64,000 nt of DNA from Elusimicrobiota bacterium. GTDB taxonomy: Bacteria > Elusimicrobiota > Elusimicrobia > UBA1565 > UBA9628. The stretch covers positions 73,713 through 137,712 of the forward strand of contig JAPLKL010000051.1 of the NCBI GenBank assembly GCA_026388095.1, given 5' to 3'. Each line of letters begins with the position of its first letter. Position 1 is the stretch's first letter. Of this stretch, positions 19,602 to 29,928 are shown piece by piece. The notes beneath the pieces were generated by a model. The model searched no databases and had not been told where the DNA came from. It saw only the letters and a program-made list of their open reading frames with translations. A program made the position numbers and the translations under genes.

Positions 19602-20573
19602 TTACCTTTTGGCGAGGTAATCCGAGACCATGGATTCTATTCCTTGGTCCAAAGTCTTAGGGGGCGCCCAGCCCATCGTCTTGCGGAACTTCTTGCTATC
19701 GACGAGCAGGGAATCGGAGAGTCGCTTCAATGCTCGCCCGAGGTGAGGAAAGATCGCCCCGGCCAGGCTTAGGCACGGTCTTGGGACCATCCACAGGTTC
19801 GCCTGCTTCCCCATCGCGCGCGCGATCTTCCGAATGAGGTCCGGGGTGGAAACATCCATGCCGTCGCTGATGACAAACGTCTGATTGGCCACTGCGGGCG
19901 CCGTAGCGCAAAGCGTCAAAGCTGCGACAAGGTTTTCCATCCCGATGAAGCTGCGCGAGTTGCGGATGGCGCCCAAAGGCAGTATGCGTCCACTCTGAAC
20001 CGCATCCAGAAGTCTTTGCATATTACCCTTGACCGGCCCCGGACCATACACCAGCGGCGGGCGCAGGACGACTGCTTCCATGCCCGTGTTTCGGCAGGTA
20101 TACCGTAGAGCCTGTTCCGCCTCCCATTTGCTCAATGCGTAAGGCTCGGCCGGCCGCGGCGGAGATCCCTCATCGAATGGGACCGAGTCGGGAGTGGAGA
20201 GTCCGCAGATGCCGATAGTGCTCAGAAACACAAAGCGTTTCACGCCGGCCTGAACCGCGGCCTTGGCGAGGGTTTGAGTGCCCATGACGTTGACCCGGCG
20301 GAATTCCAGCAACGGATCCAGAACTGTCTCGCGGAGCACATGGGCTCGTGCGGCGAGATGGATGACCACATCGACGTCCCGCAAAGCGGCATGCCAATCA
20401 GTCTGGGGACCGATATCAGAGACTTCAATCAATTCCTCTGGCGCCGCTCCTCCCCGCCCGGGCGTCGCCAGATTGCGAACAGTTCCGCGCACGACATGGC
20501 CGCCCGCCGAAAGGGCGCAGCACAGATTGTGCCCGACAAAGCCATTGGCGCCGGTGATCAGGGCACGTTGCAT
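19602..20573 (-). CDS. NAD-dependent epimerase/dehydratase SDR
   Basis: ITGANGFVG, YALSK YxxxK. Confidence 0.75.
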   Translation of the reverse strand: MQRALITGANGFVGHNLCCALSAGGHVVRGTVRNLATPGRGGAAPEELIEVSDIGPQTDWHAALRDVDVVIHLAARAHVLRETVLDPLLEFRRVNVMGTQTLAKAAVQAGVKRFVFLSTIGICGLSTPDSVPFDEGSPPRPAEPYALSKWEAEQALRYTCRNTGMEAVVLRPPLVYGPGPVKGNMQRLLDAVQSGRILPLGAIRNSRSFIGMENLVAALTLCATAPAVANQTFVISDGMDVSTPDLIRKIARAMGKQANLWMVPRPCLSLAGAIFPHLGRALKRLSDSLLVDSKKFRKTMGWAPPKTLDQGIESMVSDYLAKR

Positions 20574-20706
20574 GGGATCATTAGGAGCCCCGACCCGACT
20601 CGCAAGACGATGCTCGTATGATTGCTAAACCGTTGAAAGCATATTGGGGCAACACAGTGATTAATATATTACTCTATATGGAGTTTTCAGATGTCCGCCA
20701 AGGAGC

Positions 20707-21621
20707 ATGATCCGCATGCGCGCACCTCTCTTCTCGGTCGTCATCCCAGCCTACAACGCAGCCGCTTTCATTGAGAAGACCCTCGACTCTGTCCGGGCCC
20801 AGACCCTGCAGGACTATGAGATCATAGTCGTGGACGATGGCTCCCGCGACGACACGAAGGGGGTCGTCGACCGCTGGCTCGCCCGCCATAGCCAACCCGG
20901 CCGCTGTATCAGGCAGGAGAACAAGAAGATCGCCGGCGCCCGCAACACGGGGATCCGCGCCGCTGCCGCTGATCACATCGCCCTCCTCGACCACGACGAC
21001 CTCTGGTACCCGGAGAAGTTGGCGGCCGTGGCCGCGGCTTTTCGAGCGGACCCCGATACCGTCCTCGTATGCCACGACATGAACATCGTCCAGGACGGCC
21101 GCCGCCCAAGAACGGCGCGCATGGGTCCGGCGGCGCCGCGGATGTATGAGCGGCTGCTTTTTGAGGGCAACGCCCTGGCCCCTTCGACTTCCGTTTTCCG
21201 CAAGGACAAAGCCCTGGAGATCGGGGGCTTCCGCGAAAACCCGGAATTCGACACCTCGGAAGACTATGATTTCTGGATGCGCCTATCCCGCATCGGCAGT
21301 TTTCACTTCATCGACCAGGTCCTCACCGAATACCATGAGGTCGAGAACTCCGCCTCGAGCCGCGTAGAATACCACCTCGGCAACGCCGAGGCTGTCCTTC
21401 GTGACCATTTCGCCTCCTATTTCCGAGGAGACCCTGGAATCAGAGGCCGCTTTCTCATGCGGCGCCGCATGGCCACACTGTACCGGGCCTGGGTCGTCGC
21501 GCTGGGCGCGGCCGGAGCCTCGCGGGAGAAACAGCGGGAATATGTGCGCAGGATGATCGTGACATATCCTTTTTCCCCGAGGAATCTGGCGCGCCTCTGC
21601 CTCTGGCTCATCGGCCGCTGA
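20707..21621 (+). CDS. GT2 glycosyltransferase
   Basis: FSVVIPAYNAA ... VVDDGS ... DHDD; AAGGAG RBS. Confidence 0.8.
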   Translation: MIRMRAPLFSVVIPAYNAAAFIEKTLDSVRAQTLQDYEIIVVDDGSRDDTKGVVDRWLARHSQPGRCIRQENKKIAGARNTGIRAAAADHIALLDHDDLWYPEKLAAVAAAFRADPDTVLVCHDMNIVQDGRRPRTARMGPAAPRMYERLLFEGNALAPSTSVFRKDKALEIGGFRENPEFDTSEDYDFWMRLSRIGSFHFIDQVLTEYHEVENSASSRVEYHLGNAEAVLRDHFASYFRGDPGIRGRFLMRRRMATLYRAWVVALGAAGASREKQREYVRRMIVTYPFSPRNLARLCLWLIGR

Positions 21622-21651
21622 TCACGCTAGGGGCCGCGGCTCGCCGGGGAT

Positions 21652-23583
21652 CTAGAGTGGTCTCTTCTTGGTCGCGGCGACGGCCGAGAGCTTGTTGTCC
21701 AGCTCCTGCAGAGCCAACAGGATCACCACGAGCCGGCGGTCATGGGCGAAAGATATCCTGTCGAAGAGGCGCAGGACCAATCGTCGGACCCGGGTCCCGA
21801 GGTCGCGCCAGGGAGGGCCAGGCGGCGGCAACAGGGGCTTCTGGGTGGAACGGACCATGGCGGACCAGCGCTGCAGGTGCGCCGCGAGGGACCGGTCCAG
21901 AACGAACTGGTCGAGGGCGCCCCGGTCAGGCGCCAGCTCCTTCCAGGCGGGTCCGGCGGCCTCTTGGGCGCACAGGAAGCTCTCCGCGGCCCGGCCGACC
22001 TCTCCCGGCTCTCCTCCGAGGCGAGTCCGGAGCTCCAGGATCTCGCGCGCCAGCTCCAGCGTCTTGAGTTCGCTGCGGAAAGACTCTTCCAACAGGCCCA
22101 ACGCGGCCCCCTCGTCGCCTAGGGCGCGGTGATACCGGCCTAGGAGCAGGTTCCGGTTGAGGGTCTTGGTGATCCCGAACAGGTTGGCGTAGCCCAGAGC
22201 CTCCGCCTCGGCGCAGAAGGCCTCGAACTTGCGCAGCCGGTCGGGGAAGGTGTTGCGGCCGTCTTTGGACGACCAGAACAGCTCTCCCAGAGAGACGTCC
22301 ACGCCGAAGCGGTCCGGGTCGGCCATGACCGCGCTGCCCTCGGGGAAATAGCAGAAGTTGAGTGCCGGGTTTATGAGCAGGCGCCGGCGGTGCCGGCGCA
22401 GCTTCCGGATGAAGGACAGCTGCTCCTGGAAGTCGGCTTCGGTCTCTCCGGGCAGACCGAACATCATGTTGAGGCCGACCGTGATACCGGCTTTGGCTCC
22501 GCTGACCACCACAGCCTCGAAATCAGCGTCGAGGCAGGCATTTTTTCCCACGCTGCGCAGGAGCGTCTTGGCCGGAGTCTCCAGGCCGTAGCCGATGAGG
22601 GAGCAGCCGGCGCGCTTGAGCTTGCGATGGAGACGGTCATCCATCTCGCGGCGGATGACCGCGTTTTCAAGGTCGAATCCCACCTTCAGGCCGCTGGCTA
22701 TGAGCAGGTCGCAGAAGGATTCCAGCTCCCGGATGTTGCCGTTGGAGACCGAATCGTGTATCCGGAAGAATTCAGTGCGCGGGTGGAGCTGGAGTTGGTG
22801 ACGGATCTCGGCCAGCACTCGCGCGCCGGTGCGGCAGCGGAATTTCGGGAAGAACTGATTCTCGGTGCAGTAGCAGCAGTGGTTGATGCAGCCGCGTGAG
22901 AAGTAAGTGGGCAGGACGTTGTGGCCCGCGTAGAGGTCCAGCTCGAAGTCGGAGAAGTCGGGGAAGGGCAGGGAATCCAGCGGGCTGATGAGCTCCCGGG
23001 ACGGGCCGGCCACGGGTTTGCCGTCCTCTCCCCGCTGAGCCACGCCGGCGATTGGGCGGGGCTCGCCGGCATCGGCCGCGAGCCATTCGGTCAGCGCGGC
23101 CTCGCCTTCGCCGAAGACCACCGCATCCGCCAGTCCCTCGCGCAGGAGTTCCCTCCAAGCCCGCGTGTAAGGCGCCACCTGGGGACCGCCGAAGACCAAT
23201 CTGATCTCGGGAGCGACCTGCCGGAATTTGGCGGCCAGCAGACGGGCGGCCAGCAATGAAGAGCAGTGCGTCGATAGTCCTACGGCCCGGGGGTTCTGGG
23301 CGAGTATCGACTGCACGGAGGCGAGCAGCTCGTCCGCGTAATAGGCGAACATCCCTTCCATGAAGGAGGGGCTTTCCCAGGAGTTGTAGCCGTTGGCCGG
23401 AGCCCAGGTATCCGAGTAGGAGCTGCCGCGAAGGTTGTAGAGGATGATATTGAGGTCGAAGGTCCGGGCGCGCAGGCCCTGCCCTGTCAGATAGCTCTTG
23501 AGTTGGGCCAGGCCCAGGGGCGGATTCTGATTGGCCCAGCCGGGGGGCTGCACGAGGGCGATGTCGAGTCCGGGCTGATTCAC
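21652..23583 (-). CDS. B12-binding radical SAM enzyme with C-terminal helical/TPR-like extension (GTG start after GGAGG RBS)
   Basis: CINHCCYC CxxxCxxC; GTG start overlaps the upstream stop (GTGA); the listed 740-aa ORF has an implausible Pro/Ala-rich N-terminus. Confidence 0.75.
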   Translation of the reverse strand: MNQPGLDIALVQPPGWANQNPPLGLAQLKSYLTGQGLRARTFDLNIILYNLRGSSYSDTWAPANGYNSWESPSFMEGMFAYYADELLASVQSILAQNPRAVGLSTHCSSLLAARLLAAKFRQVAPEIRLVFGGPQVAPYTRAWRELLREGLADAVVFGEGEAALTEWLAADAGEPRPIAGVAQRGEDGKPVAGPSRELISPLDSLPFPDFSDFELDLYAGHNVLPTYFSRGCINHCCYCTENQFFPKFRCRTGARVLAEIRHQLQLHPRTEFFRIHDSVSNGNIRELESFCDLLIASGLKVGFDLENAVIRREMDDRLHRKLKRAGCSLIGYGLETPAKTLLRSVGKNACLDADFEAVVVSGAKAGITVGLNMMFGLPGETEADFQEQLSFIRKLRRHRRRLLINPALNFCYFPEGSAVMADPDRFGVDVSLGELFWSSKDGRNTFPDRLRKFEAFCAEAEALGYANLFGITKTLNRNLLLGRYHRALGDEGAALGLLEESFRSELKTLELAREILELRTRLGGEPGEVGRAAESFLCAQEAAGPAWKELAPDRGALDQFVLDRSLAAHLQRWSAMVRSTQKPLLPPPGPPWRDLGTRVRRLVLRLFDRISFAHDRRLVVILLALQELDNKLSAVAATKKRPL

Positions 23584-24542
23584 TGCGCACCTCCGCGGCG
23601 GAGCTTCAAGGCCAGGCGCAGGGGCAGGCGCAGGGCCCAGAGCAGCAGGGCCGACGGGAAGCCCGGGACCCGGAGCAACGGCGCCGCGACGCCTTTGCGG
23701 GCGGTGGCGCGCAGGACGCGGACCCCGACCCGCGGCAGCAGTTCGAGCTGCAGGTCCACGAGGGTCAGGCCGTGGCGCGCCAGGAGCCCAGCCAGCGAAC
23801 GACGGCTGAAGAAGACGTGATGGGTCAGGTCCACGGGCAGGTTGCTGCCCCTGTGGCGACGGAAGAAATACCAATCGAAGCAGGCCTCCATGTCATCAGG
23901 TATCTCGATGAAGAGGAAGCCCCCGTCGGCGACGAGCCGGGCGCAGTCGGCCACCACGGCGTTGGGATCCAGGCAGTGCTCCAGGACGTTGCAGAGGATG
24001 ACCAGGTCGGCCTGGTCCCCGTCCGGGACCTGATGCGCGTAGCGCCGCTCTTTGATGATGGCGGGGTGACGGACCGGAGCCGCGATGGGGTCGTAGACTC
24101 GGCACGCCCGCCCGGCCGCGGCCAGTTCCACGAGGCGGAACCCATCGCGGCCGCCGATGTCGAAGACCTGGCGGATGGGACGGCCCCAGCGGGTCTCGAG
24201 ACCCTGCGTGTAATCCGCCAGGTGTCGCGCGCATGCGGACAGGAACTCCTCGTCAGCGTAGACGAGTTCCGGGGAGTCCTTGAAGCGGCTTTCCAGAGCG
24301 TGGTAGGACTCATCATAGATGCGGCCGAGCTCGGCCTCGTCGAAGAAAAGGGCGCGGTAACCGGCGTGGCAGCCGCGGCAGAGCGCCAGGACTTCTTTCG
24401 GCCTCTCTTGGCGACCGATCTTGAGGAGGTATTCCTCATAGGAGGCCTTCATGAGGCCCGCGGCGCGGGCGAGGGCTACGGATTGCCGGATCTCCAGCAG
24501 CGGCGTTTCCGCGCAGACCGGACAGCGGGAGGAGTATCTCAT
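23580..24542 (-). CDS. class I SAM-dependent methyltransferase with N-terminal zinc ribbon
   Basis: CPVC...CRGC, VFDIGGRDG SAM motif I. Confidence 0.65.
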   Translation of the reverse strand: MRYSSRCPVCAETPLLEIRQSVALARAAGLMKASYEEYLLKIGRQERPKEVLALCRGCHAGYRALFFDEAELGRIYDESYHALESRFKDSPELVYADEEFLSACARHLADYTQGLETRWGRPIRQVFDIGGRDGFRLVELAAAGRACRVYDPIAAPVRHPAIIKERRYAHQVPDGDQADLVILCNVLEHCLDPNAVVADCARLVADGGFLFIEIPDDMEACFDWYFFRRHRGSNLPVDLTHHVFFSRRSLAGLLARHGLTLVDLQLELLPRVGVRVLRATARKGVAAPLLRVPGFPSALLLWALRLPLRLALKLRRGGAQ

Positions 24543-25393
24543 GCCGCGGGAGGGCCTCCCGGCGCGGTCTTGCGCAGACAGGCGAGATAGTCGCTATGGC
24601 GCACCAGAGCGGTCCCCGCTCCGGTGAGGAAGCAGAACAAAGGGTAAAGGGCTCGCCCTGCCATGCTTATAGCCTTGCGCAGGACCTTGCGCGGCGCGGA
24701 ATCGTGGTTCCACCGGCTGAGCAGGATATCATACTCGTGGCCGGCGCTGTCGCAAAGCAGGTCCGGCAGGCGCCAAGAGCGGGAGCAATAGCGGGCCCAC
24801 GCCATCTCGAATCCCCAGCGTCCAGCCAGGCGCGCCAGGAGCAGAGGGTCGATCCAGCAGGTATGCTCCGGGTTCACCAAGAAGGAGCGCTTCCAGGCTA
24901 CGTAATGGAATTCGCCCGCGAAGAAGGGGTTGGGGGTGGAGATGAGCAGGATGCCGCCGTCCGCCAGAAGGCGGTGGCAGTTAGCGAAGAAAGCTTCCAA
25001 GTTCCCCAGGTGCTCGACGAGGTCCCCGGCCACGACGACGTCGAAGACCTCCGTGATGGGGAGGGGGCGGGTGACGTCCCCGCAGATCATGTCATAGCCT
25101 TGCGCCCGCAGTTTCTCCACTTCACCGGCCAGATAGTCCACTCCCAGGACGCGCGCGGCCACGTCGCGGATCCGCCGGTGCAGCCAGAGAGGGTCCGAGA
25201 CTGAGCAGCTCGCGTCGTGGCGCACGCAGCCCAGATCCAGGACTCGGCGCCCGCGGCAGAGCTGGGCGATGGCGTCCTCCCTATCAACGGGCCGGCTGCG
25301 GCGCATAGCCTGGGAGAAGGCGAAGCGGTCCTTGCAGGGAAGAGCCTCGGCCGGTCCGTCGCCACGGCCCAAGTCGACGCTCTCCTTACCCAT
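24539..25393 (-). CDS. class I SAM-dependent methyltransferase (alternative start 25426)
   Basis: VLDLGC motif I, VVAGDLVEH; the long listed ORF overlaps the epimerase gene in another frame, so an internal ATGGGTAA start/stop overlap was chosen. Confidence 0.6.
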   Translation of the reverse strand: MGKESVDLGRGDGPAEALPCKDRFAFSQAMRRSRPVDREDAIAQLCRGRRVLDLGCVRHDASCSVSDPLWLHRRIRDVAARVLGVDYLAGEVEKLRAQGYDMICGDVTRPLPITEVFDVVVAGDLVEHLGNLEAFFANCHRLLADGGILLISTPNPFFAGEFHYVAWKRSFLVNPEHTCWIDPLLLARLAGRWGFEMAWARYCSRSWRLPDLLCDSAGHEYDILLSRWNHDSAPRKVLRKAISMAGRALYPLFCFLTGAGTALVRHSDYLACLRKTAPGGPPAA

Positions 25394-26417
25394 GGCGTGC
25401 TGCCGCGGGCTTAGCCGAGAAACCATAGCGCTCGGCATGGGCTCTGTAGTGCTTGACGGTCCGGGCGATGCCTTCCTCGATGGGGACCAGGGGTTCCCAG
25501 GAGAGCTCCCGGCGTATCTTGCCGATGTTGGTGACGTAGTCGCCTGTCTCGACGAAATAACGGTCCTTCGGCCACGGAACGAACTGAACTTCCCCCTGCC
25601 CGACCGCGCGGACCACCAGTTCGGCCATGTCCTTGAAGGCGAGCCCTTTCCCCGAGCCGAGGTTGAAGACGTCGAAATGGATGTCCTTGGCTGCCGCGCC
25701 CACGAGCATGGCCCTGGCCAAGTCCTCCACGTAGATATAGTCCCTTTGCTGAAGGCCTTCACCGTAGACGGTGAGGGGTCGGCCTTCCAGGGCCAGACGG
25801 ATGAACCAGTTGAGTATCCCGTATTTGCCGTGCTTCATCTGCTGGCGGGGGCCGTAAGGATTGGCTATCCGGAAGATGACGGCGTCTAGGCCATGTGCCC
25901 GCTGATAGAAATGATAGTACTTTTCTCCGTTGAGCTTATGCACCCCGTAGATGCTCAGGCAGTTGTACGGGTGGTTCTCGTCGACGGGATTGTACTCGAT
26001 GTCTCCATAGACGAAGCGTGAGCTGGGAAAGATCAGTCGCGCCTTGGGGTTGTGCAGGCGGCAGGCTTCGAGCACCGTAAGATGCCCCCGGCAATTGACG
26101 TCCAGATCATAAAAGGGATCGACGTTGCTGTCGACATAGCTCACCTGGGCGGCCAGATTGAAGATGATGTCCTTGCCCTTGACTGCCTCGGACATCAGGG
26201 GCAGTTCGCGGATATCCCCATATACGAGGCGCACACGATCCTGGATGCCCTCCAGGTTGAAAGGGTTCGCCCCGAACAGGGGGGACATGGTATCGAGGAT
26301 CGTCACCTGCGCGCCGGCCTCCACCGCATAGTGCGCGATCGTGCTGCCTATCATCCCGGTCCCGCCGGTGATGAGGATGTTGGCTCCCGCCAAGGCGCGT
26401 AAGTCATTTTTGGGCAT
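25386..26417 (-). CDS. NAD-dependent epimerase/dehydratase (UDP-sugar 4-epimerase/decarboxylase-like)
   Basis: ILITGGTGMIG, YGVHK. Confidence 0.8.
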   Translation of the reverse strand: MPKNDLRALAGANILITGGTGMIGSTIAHYAVEAGAQVTILDTMSPLFGANPFNLEGIQDRVRLVYGDIRELPLMSEAVKGKDIIFNLAAQVSYVDSNVDPFYDLDVNCRGHLTVLEACRLHNPKARLIFPSSRFVYGDIEYNPVDENHPYNCLSIYGVHKLNGEKYYHFYQRAHGLDAVIFRIANPYGPRQQMKHGKYGILNWFIRLALEGRPLTVYGEGLQQRDYIYVEDLARAMLVGAAAKDIHFDVFNLGSGKGLAFKDMAELVVRAVGQGEVQFVPWPKDRYFVETGDYVTNIGKIRRELSWEPLVPIEEGIARTVKHYRAHAERYGFSAKPAAARHG

Positions 26418-27690
26418 GAGTCCCTCCGATTCCCGGCTCTTCCGTCAGGACTGCTTGGTACAATTCCTGATAACGTCGGGCGGCGAACTCGGCCCGGAAA
26501 TGCTGCTCGAAACGCTCTTTCCCCGCTCGTCCCATGGCTTGGCTGCGGTCGGGGGATGAGAGCAAAGACGCGATGGCGGACGCCAGGCTCTGAGGATCTC
26601 CGGGCGGCACCAGCAGGCCGGTTCGTCCGTCCTCGACCTCCTCGACGATGCCTGCCACGGCCGACGCGACTACCGGTTTGCCCATTGCCATGGCATCCAG
26701 GACGATCAAGGGCATGTCTTCATGGCTGAGCGACGGCAGGACGAGCAGGTCGGCGGCATTGAGGATATGATCGGCGTCGTTCCGATACCCCAGGAATAGG
26801 AAATTGGCGCTCAAGCCGCACCTACGCGCCAGGGATTCGATGGCGCCCCGTTCCGGACCGTCCCCAATGAGGATGAGGCGCCACTCCGGCGGGAGCCTCC
26901 CGGCCTTTGCCAAGAGGTCGGCGGCCTCCACCAAGACGCGATGGCCCTTGCGCGGCTCGAAGAAGGCGGTCATGACCAGGACTGTCTGTCCGGGCGAGAG
27001 TCCAAGTTCCCGGCGGACCTCGGCGGTGGGTCTAAGCCCCTCCGGCCGGCGGATGCCGTTGGAAATGGTCAGGGTTCGGTCGGCCGGGAAGCCTCGGTGC
27101 ACGAGTGCCTGCTTGGCAGCTTGCGAGGCCGTGACAAAGCGGCGGCAGGAACGCATGATGAGCCGGTCGACCCAGAGTTCCGGCCATTCCCAAGGCAGCC
27201 GCAAGGGGCGGGTGATGTTGTTGACCGTGAGGACGACGGCAGGGACGCGGGCCCAGGCGGCGGCGATAGCAGCCGCTCGGCAGCTCAGCGCCCCGGGGTA
27301 TCCCCCGTTGTTGATGTGTACGAGGCGAGGCTTGCCGCGCGCGAACAGCTGGTAAAGCCGGAGGGTCTCCCAAGAGAGCAGAGGCCAATCGAGAAGACGG
27401 TAAAGGAGCTTGAAAAAAAGCCGGGCCGGCGCGAGAGGGAACGCTCGGTTCGCCGCCGCGAACCAGGCATCCCGATCCGGGAAGCGCACCGGCGTTTTGG
27501 CGAGGGGGACGCGCAACCGCCGCGCCAAGCCGCAGTCGAAGCGCTGGCTGCTGCGATAGATCAGCCGGCAATCAAATTCCTCCCGCAGATGCCCCTCTTG
27601 CAGGAAGTCGACCAGGAAGATATCGGCGCCCCCGAAGACCTGGCAGTCAGTGTAGAGCCAGAGCGTCGGTTTGACGGCGCGGTCAGGCAT
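26404..27690 (-). CDS. GT4 glycosyltransferase
   Basis: EPRKG, LILIGDGPER, C-terminal EDMPLIVLDAMAMGKPVVAS. Confidence 0.8.
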   Translation of the reverse strand: MPDRAVKPTLWLYTDCQVFGGADIFLVDFLQEGHLREEFDCRLIYRSSQRFDCGLARRLRVPLAKTPVRFPDRDAWFAAANRAFPLAPARLFFKLLYRLLDWPLLSWETLRLYQLFARGKPRLVHINNGGYPGALSCRAAAIAAAWARVPAVVLTVNNITRPLRLPWEWPELWVDRLIMRSCRRFVTASQAAKQALVHRGFPADRTLTISNGIRRPEGLRPTAEVRRELGLSPGQTVLVMTAFFEPRKGHRVLVEAADLLAKAGRLPPEWRLILIGDGPERGAIESLARRCGLSANFLFLGYRNDADHILNAADLLVLPSLSHEDMPLIVLDAMAMGKPVVASAVAGIVEEVEDGRTGLLVPPGDPQSLASAIASLLSSPDRSQAMGRAGKERFEQHFRAEFAARRYQELYQAVLTEEPGIGGTHAQK

Positions 27691-27726
27691 CGCTTCCCCT
27701 GCTTTCGTAGGCGAAGTTGAGCGGGC

Positions 27727-28635
27727 TCATGTCTTCACGCTCATGGATGCTCGCATCTGCCGCAGGCCATCATCGACGGCGAGCGGGGCAACCCCAAGCT
27801 CGCGTTCCATGCGCTGTGTCACAAAAGCCGTGTTCGGCGGCCGGGGCGCGATGTCCGGGAAAAAAGAGCTGTCCACCGGTCTAATGAGCGAGGCGTCGAG
27901 GCTGAAAGCCTTTGCGATCTTCCGGGCGAAATCGTAGCGGCTCACTGTGTCCTTGCCGGCCAGATGGAAGATGCCTCCCGGCCGATTGTTTATCACGGCC
28001 CAGAGGGCCCGGCCACACTGCCGGTTGTACAGCGGGTTCTCGTAGACATCGGTCACGATATGCACCGCTTCCCCGCGCATGAGCTTGTCGAATATCCAGG
28101 TCACGGTGTTGGGCCGGCTCACGATATGGTTCCAGCCGTACATGAGGATGGGGCGCACGATGCAGTAGTCGGTCAGGGTCTCGCGGACCAAGCGCTCGCA
28201 TTCGACCTTGAGCAGGCCGTACTTGTTGACCGGGGAGACGGGGTCGGACTCCTTGTATGGAGGATTCTTGCCGTCGAAGACCGCGTTGGTGGAGACGTAA
28301 GCCAGATAGGTCCCGGATTTACGGCAGGCCGAAGTCACGTTGAGGGTGCCGACGATGTTGGATTCGAGGCTCTCCGCGTAGTGCTTCTCCACATAATCCA
28401 CGCTGGCGATGCCGGCCGCGTGGATGACCGCGTCGAAACAGTGCTTGACGAAGAGCCGGTCCACGGCGCGCTTGTCGCGGATGTCGAGTACCAGGCACTT
28501 TGCGTGCGAGTCCTTGACCTCGTAGGCGCGCTGGTGCAGGCTCAGGATCCGCCACCCCGCAGGCATGGTTTCCTCCATGCCTTTGCCCAGGAGTCCGGTA
28601 CCCCCGGTGATAAGGATAGTCTTCTTTTGGCTCAT
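27727..28635 (-). CDS. RmlD-like sugar-nucleotide reductase (SDR)
   Basis: ILITGGTGLLG, VNKYGLLK YxxxK, ~300 aa. Confidence 0.6.
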   Translation of the reverse strand: MSQKKTILITGGTGLLGKGMEETMPAGWRILSLHQRAYEVKDSHAKCLVLDIRDKRAVDRLFVKHCFDAVIHAAGIASVDYVEKHYAESLESNIVGTLNVTSACRKSGTYLAYVSTNAVFDGKNPPYKESDPVSPVNKYGLLKVECERLVRETLTDYCIVRPILMYGWNHIVSRPNTVTWIFDKLMRGEAVHIVTDVYENPLYNRQCGRALWAVINNRPGGIFHLAGKDTVSRYDFARKIAKAFSLDASLIRPVDSSFFPDIAPRPPNTAFVTQRMERELGVAPLAVDDGLRQMRASMSVKT

Positions 28636-28805
28636 GGGTTTGCGGCCGCGCCATAGGGGCACGGCCCCCTAAATATGATGTTTAAGTATTGAACAAGATA
28701 CAAGTTCTTGGTCCAAAAGTGTGACGTTTCGCAGCGATTCAAAATTCCCGCCACCAGAATGAAAGAAATTGCCTTTAAGGAAGGTCAGAATCATATAATA
28801 TCCGC

Positions 28806-29876
28806 ATGTTGAACGATTATCCTCGCAGCAAGAAGCACGGCTTGACCAAACCCATCTCGCTCTCCCCCGGCGATTTTGCCTGCCTGCGCGGCCGCACCGT
28901 CCTAGTCACCGGAGGCACCGGCTCTTTCGGGAAGCGGTTCGTGGAGACCGCGCTCCGGCATAGCCGCTTGCGCAAGCTCATCGTCTTTAGCCGCGATGAG
29001 CTCAAGCAGTCCGAGATGGCGGCCCGCTTCACGGACAAACGGCTGCGCTTCTTCATAGGGGACGTCAGGGACCTCCAGCGCCTGCAGCGCGCCTTCCACG
29101 GCGTGGATTTCGTGGTGCATGCCGCAGCCCTCAAGCAGGTCCCCACCCTGGAATATAATCCGTTTGAAGCGGTTCTCACCAACATCGTGGGGTCTGAAAA
29201 CATCATCAACGCGGCCATCGACCAGAAAGTGCGCCGGGTCGTTGCCCTATCCACCGACAAAGCGGCTAACCCCGTCAACCTCTACGGCGCCACCAAGCTC
29301 TGCTCCGAGAAGCTCTTCATATCCGGCAACTCCTATGCCGGATCCACGGGGACCCTCTTTTCAGTGGTCCGCTACGGCAACGTGGTGGGCAGCCGCGGCA
29401 GCGTCGTCCCGCTGTTTCTCTCGCTGCGCCGGCAAGGAGTCCTGCCCGTCACGGACGCGCGCATGACCCGCTTCTGGATCACGCTGGACCAAGGGATACA
29501 CCTCGTGCTCCGGGCGCTGGCCCGCATGCATGGCGGCGAGGTCTTCGTGCCGAAGATCCCCAGCATGCGCATCATGGACCTCGCCAAGGCCATCGCCCCG
29601 GAGTGCCGTACGCGCGTGGTCGGAGTGCGCCCCGGCGAGAAGATCCACGAGATACTGATTACCGAAGACGAGGCCGCCCGCTCCCTTGACCTGGGTGACA
29701 TATTCGTGGTAAAACCCAACTTCCATTGGTGGGGTCCGGACAACTGGCGGGAAGGCACTGCCGTGCCGGCGGGCTTCCGCTACACCAGCGACGCCAACGA
29801 CCGATGGCTGACCCCGCCGGAGATCCGCGCCCTGACCCTCCCTGCGGATGGGGACCGCGAACCCGCCCCCGCATAA
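28806..29876 (+). CDS. pseB: UDP-N-acetylglucosamine 4,6-dehydratase (inverting; PseB/FlaA1/CapD soluble type)
   Basis: VLVTGGTGSFGK, STDKAANPVNLYGATK, ~350 aa soluble. Confidence 0.75.
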   Translation: MLNDYPRSKKHGLTKPISLSPGDFACLRGRTVLVTGGTGSFGKRFVETALRHSRLRKLIVFSRDELKQSEMAARFTDKRLRFFIGDVRDLQRLQRAFHGVDFVVHAAALKQVPTLEYNPFEAVLTNIVGSENIINAAIDQKVRRVVALSTDKAANPVNLYGATKLCSEKLFISGNSYAGSTGTLFSVVRYGNVVGSRGSVVPLFLSLRRQGVLPVTDARMTRFWITLDQGIHLVLRALARMHGGEVFVPKIPSMRIMDLAKAIAPECRTRVVGVRPGEKIHEILITEDEAARSLDLGDIFVVKPNFHWWGPDNWREGTAVPAGFRYTSDANDRWLTPPEIRALTLPADGDREPAPA

Positions 29877-29928
29877 GCATCCGCATCCAGATCATCGACG
29901 GTATTTCTTCCATCCAGTCGGCCGCCTC

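Noticed and set aside
21622-21651. GCCGCGGC palindrome between convergent GT2 and rSAM genes as a bidirectional terminator
   Set aside because: Stem too short and no flanking T/A tracts; likely coincidental in GC-rich DNA.
25386-25394. One-base discrepancy between my manual coordinate count and the ORF-table end for the 25386..26417 gene
   Set aside because: Probably a counting slip; ORF-table frames were used for CDS ends and derived regulatory coordinates are plus or minus 1 nt.
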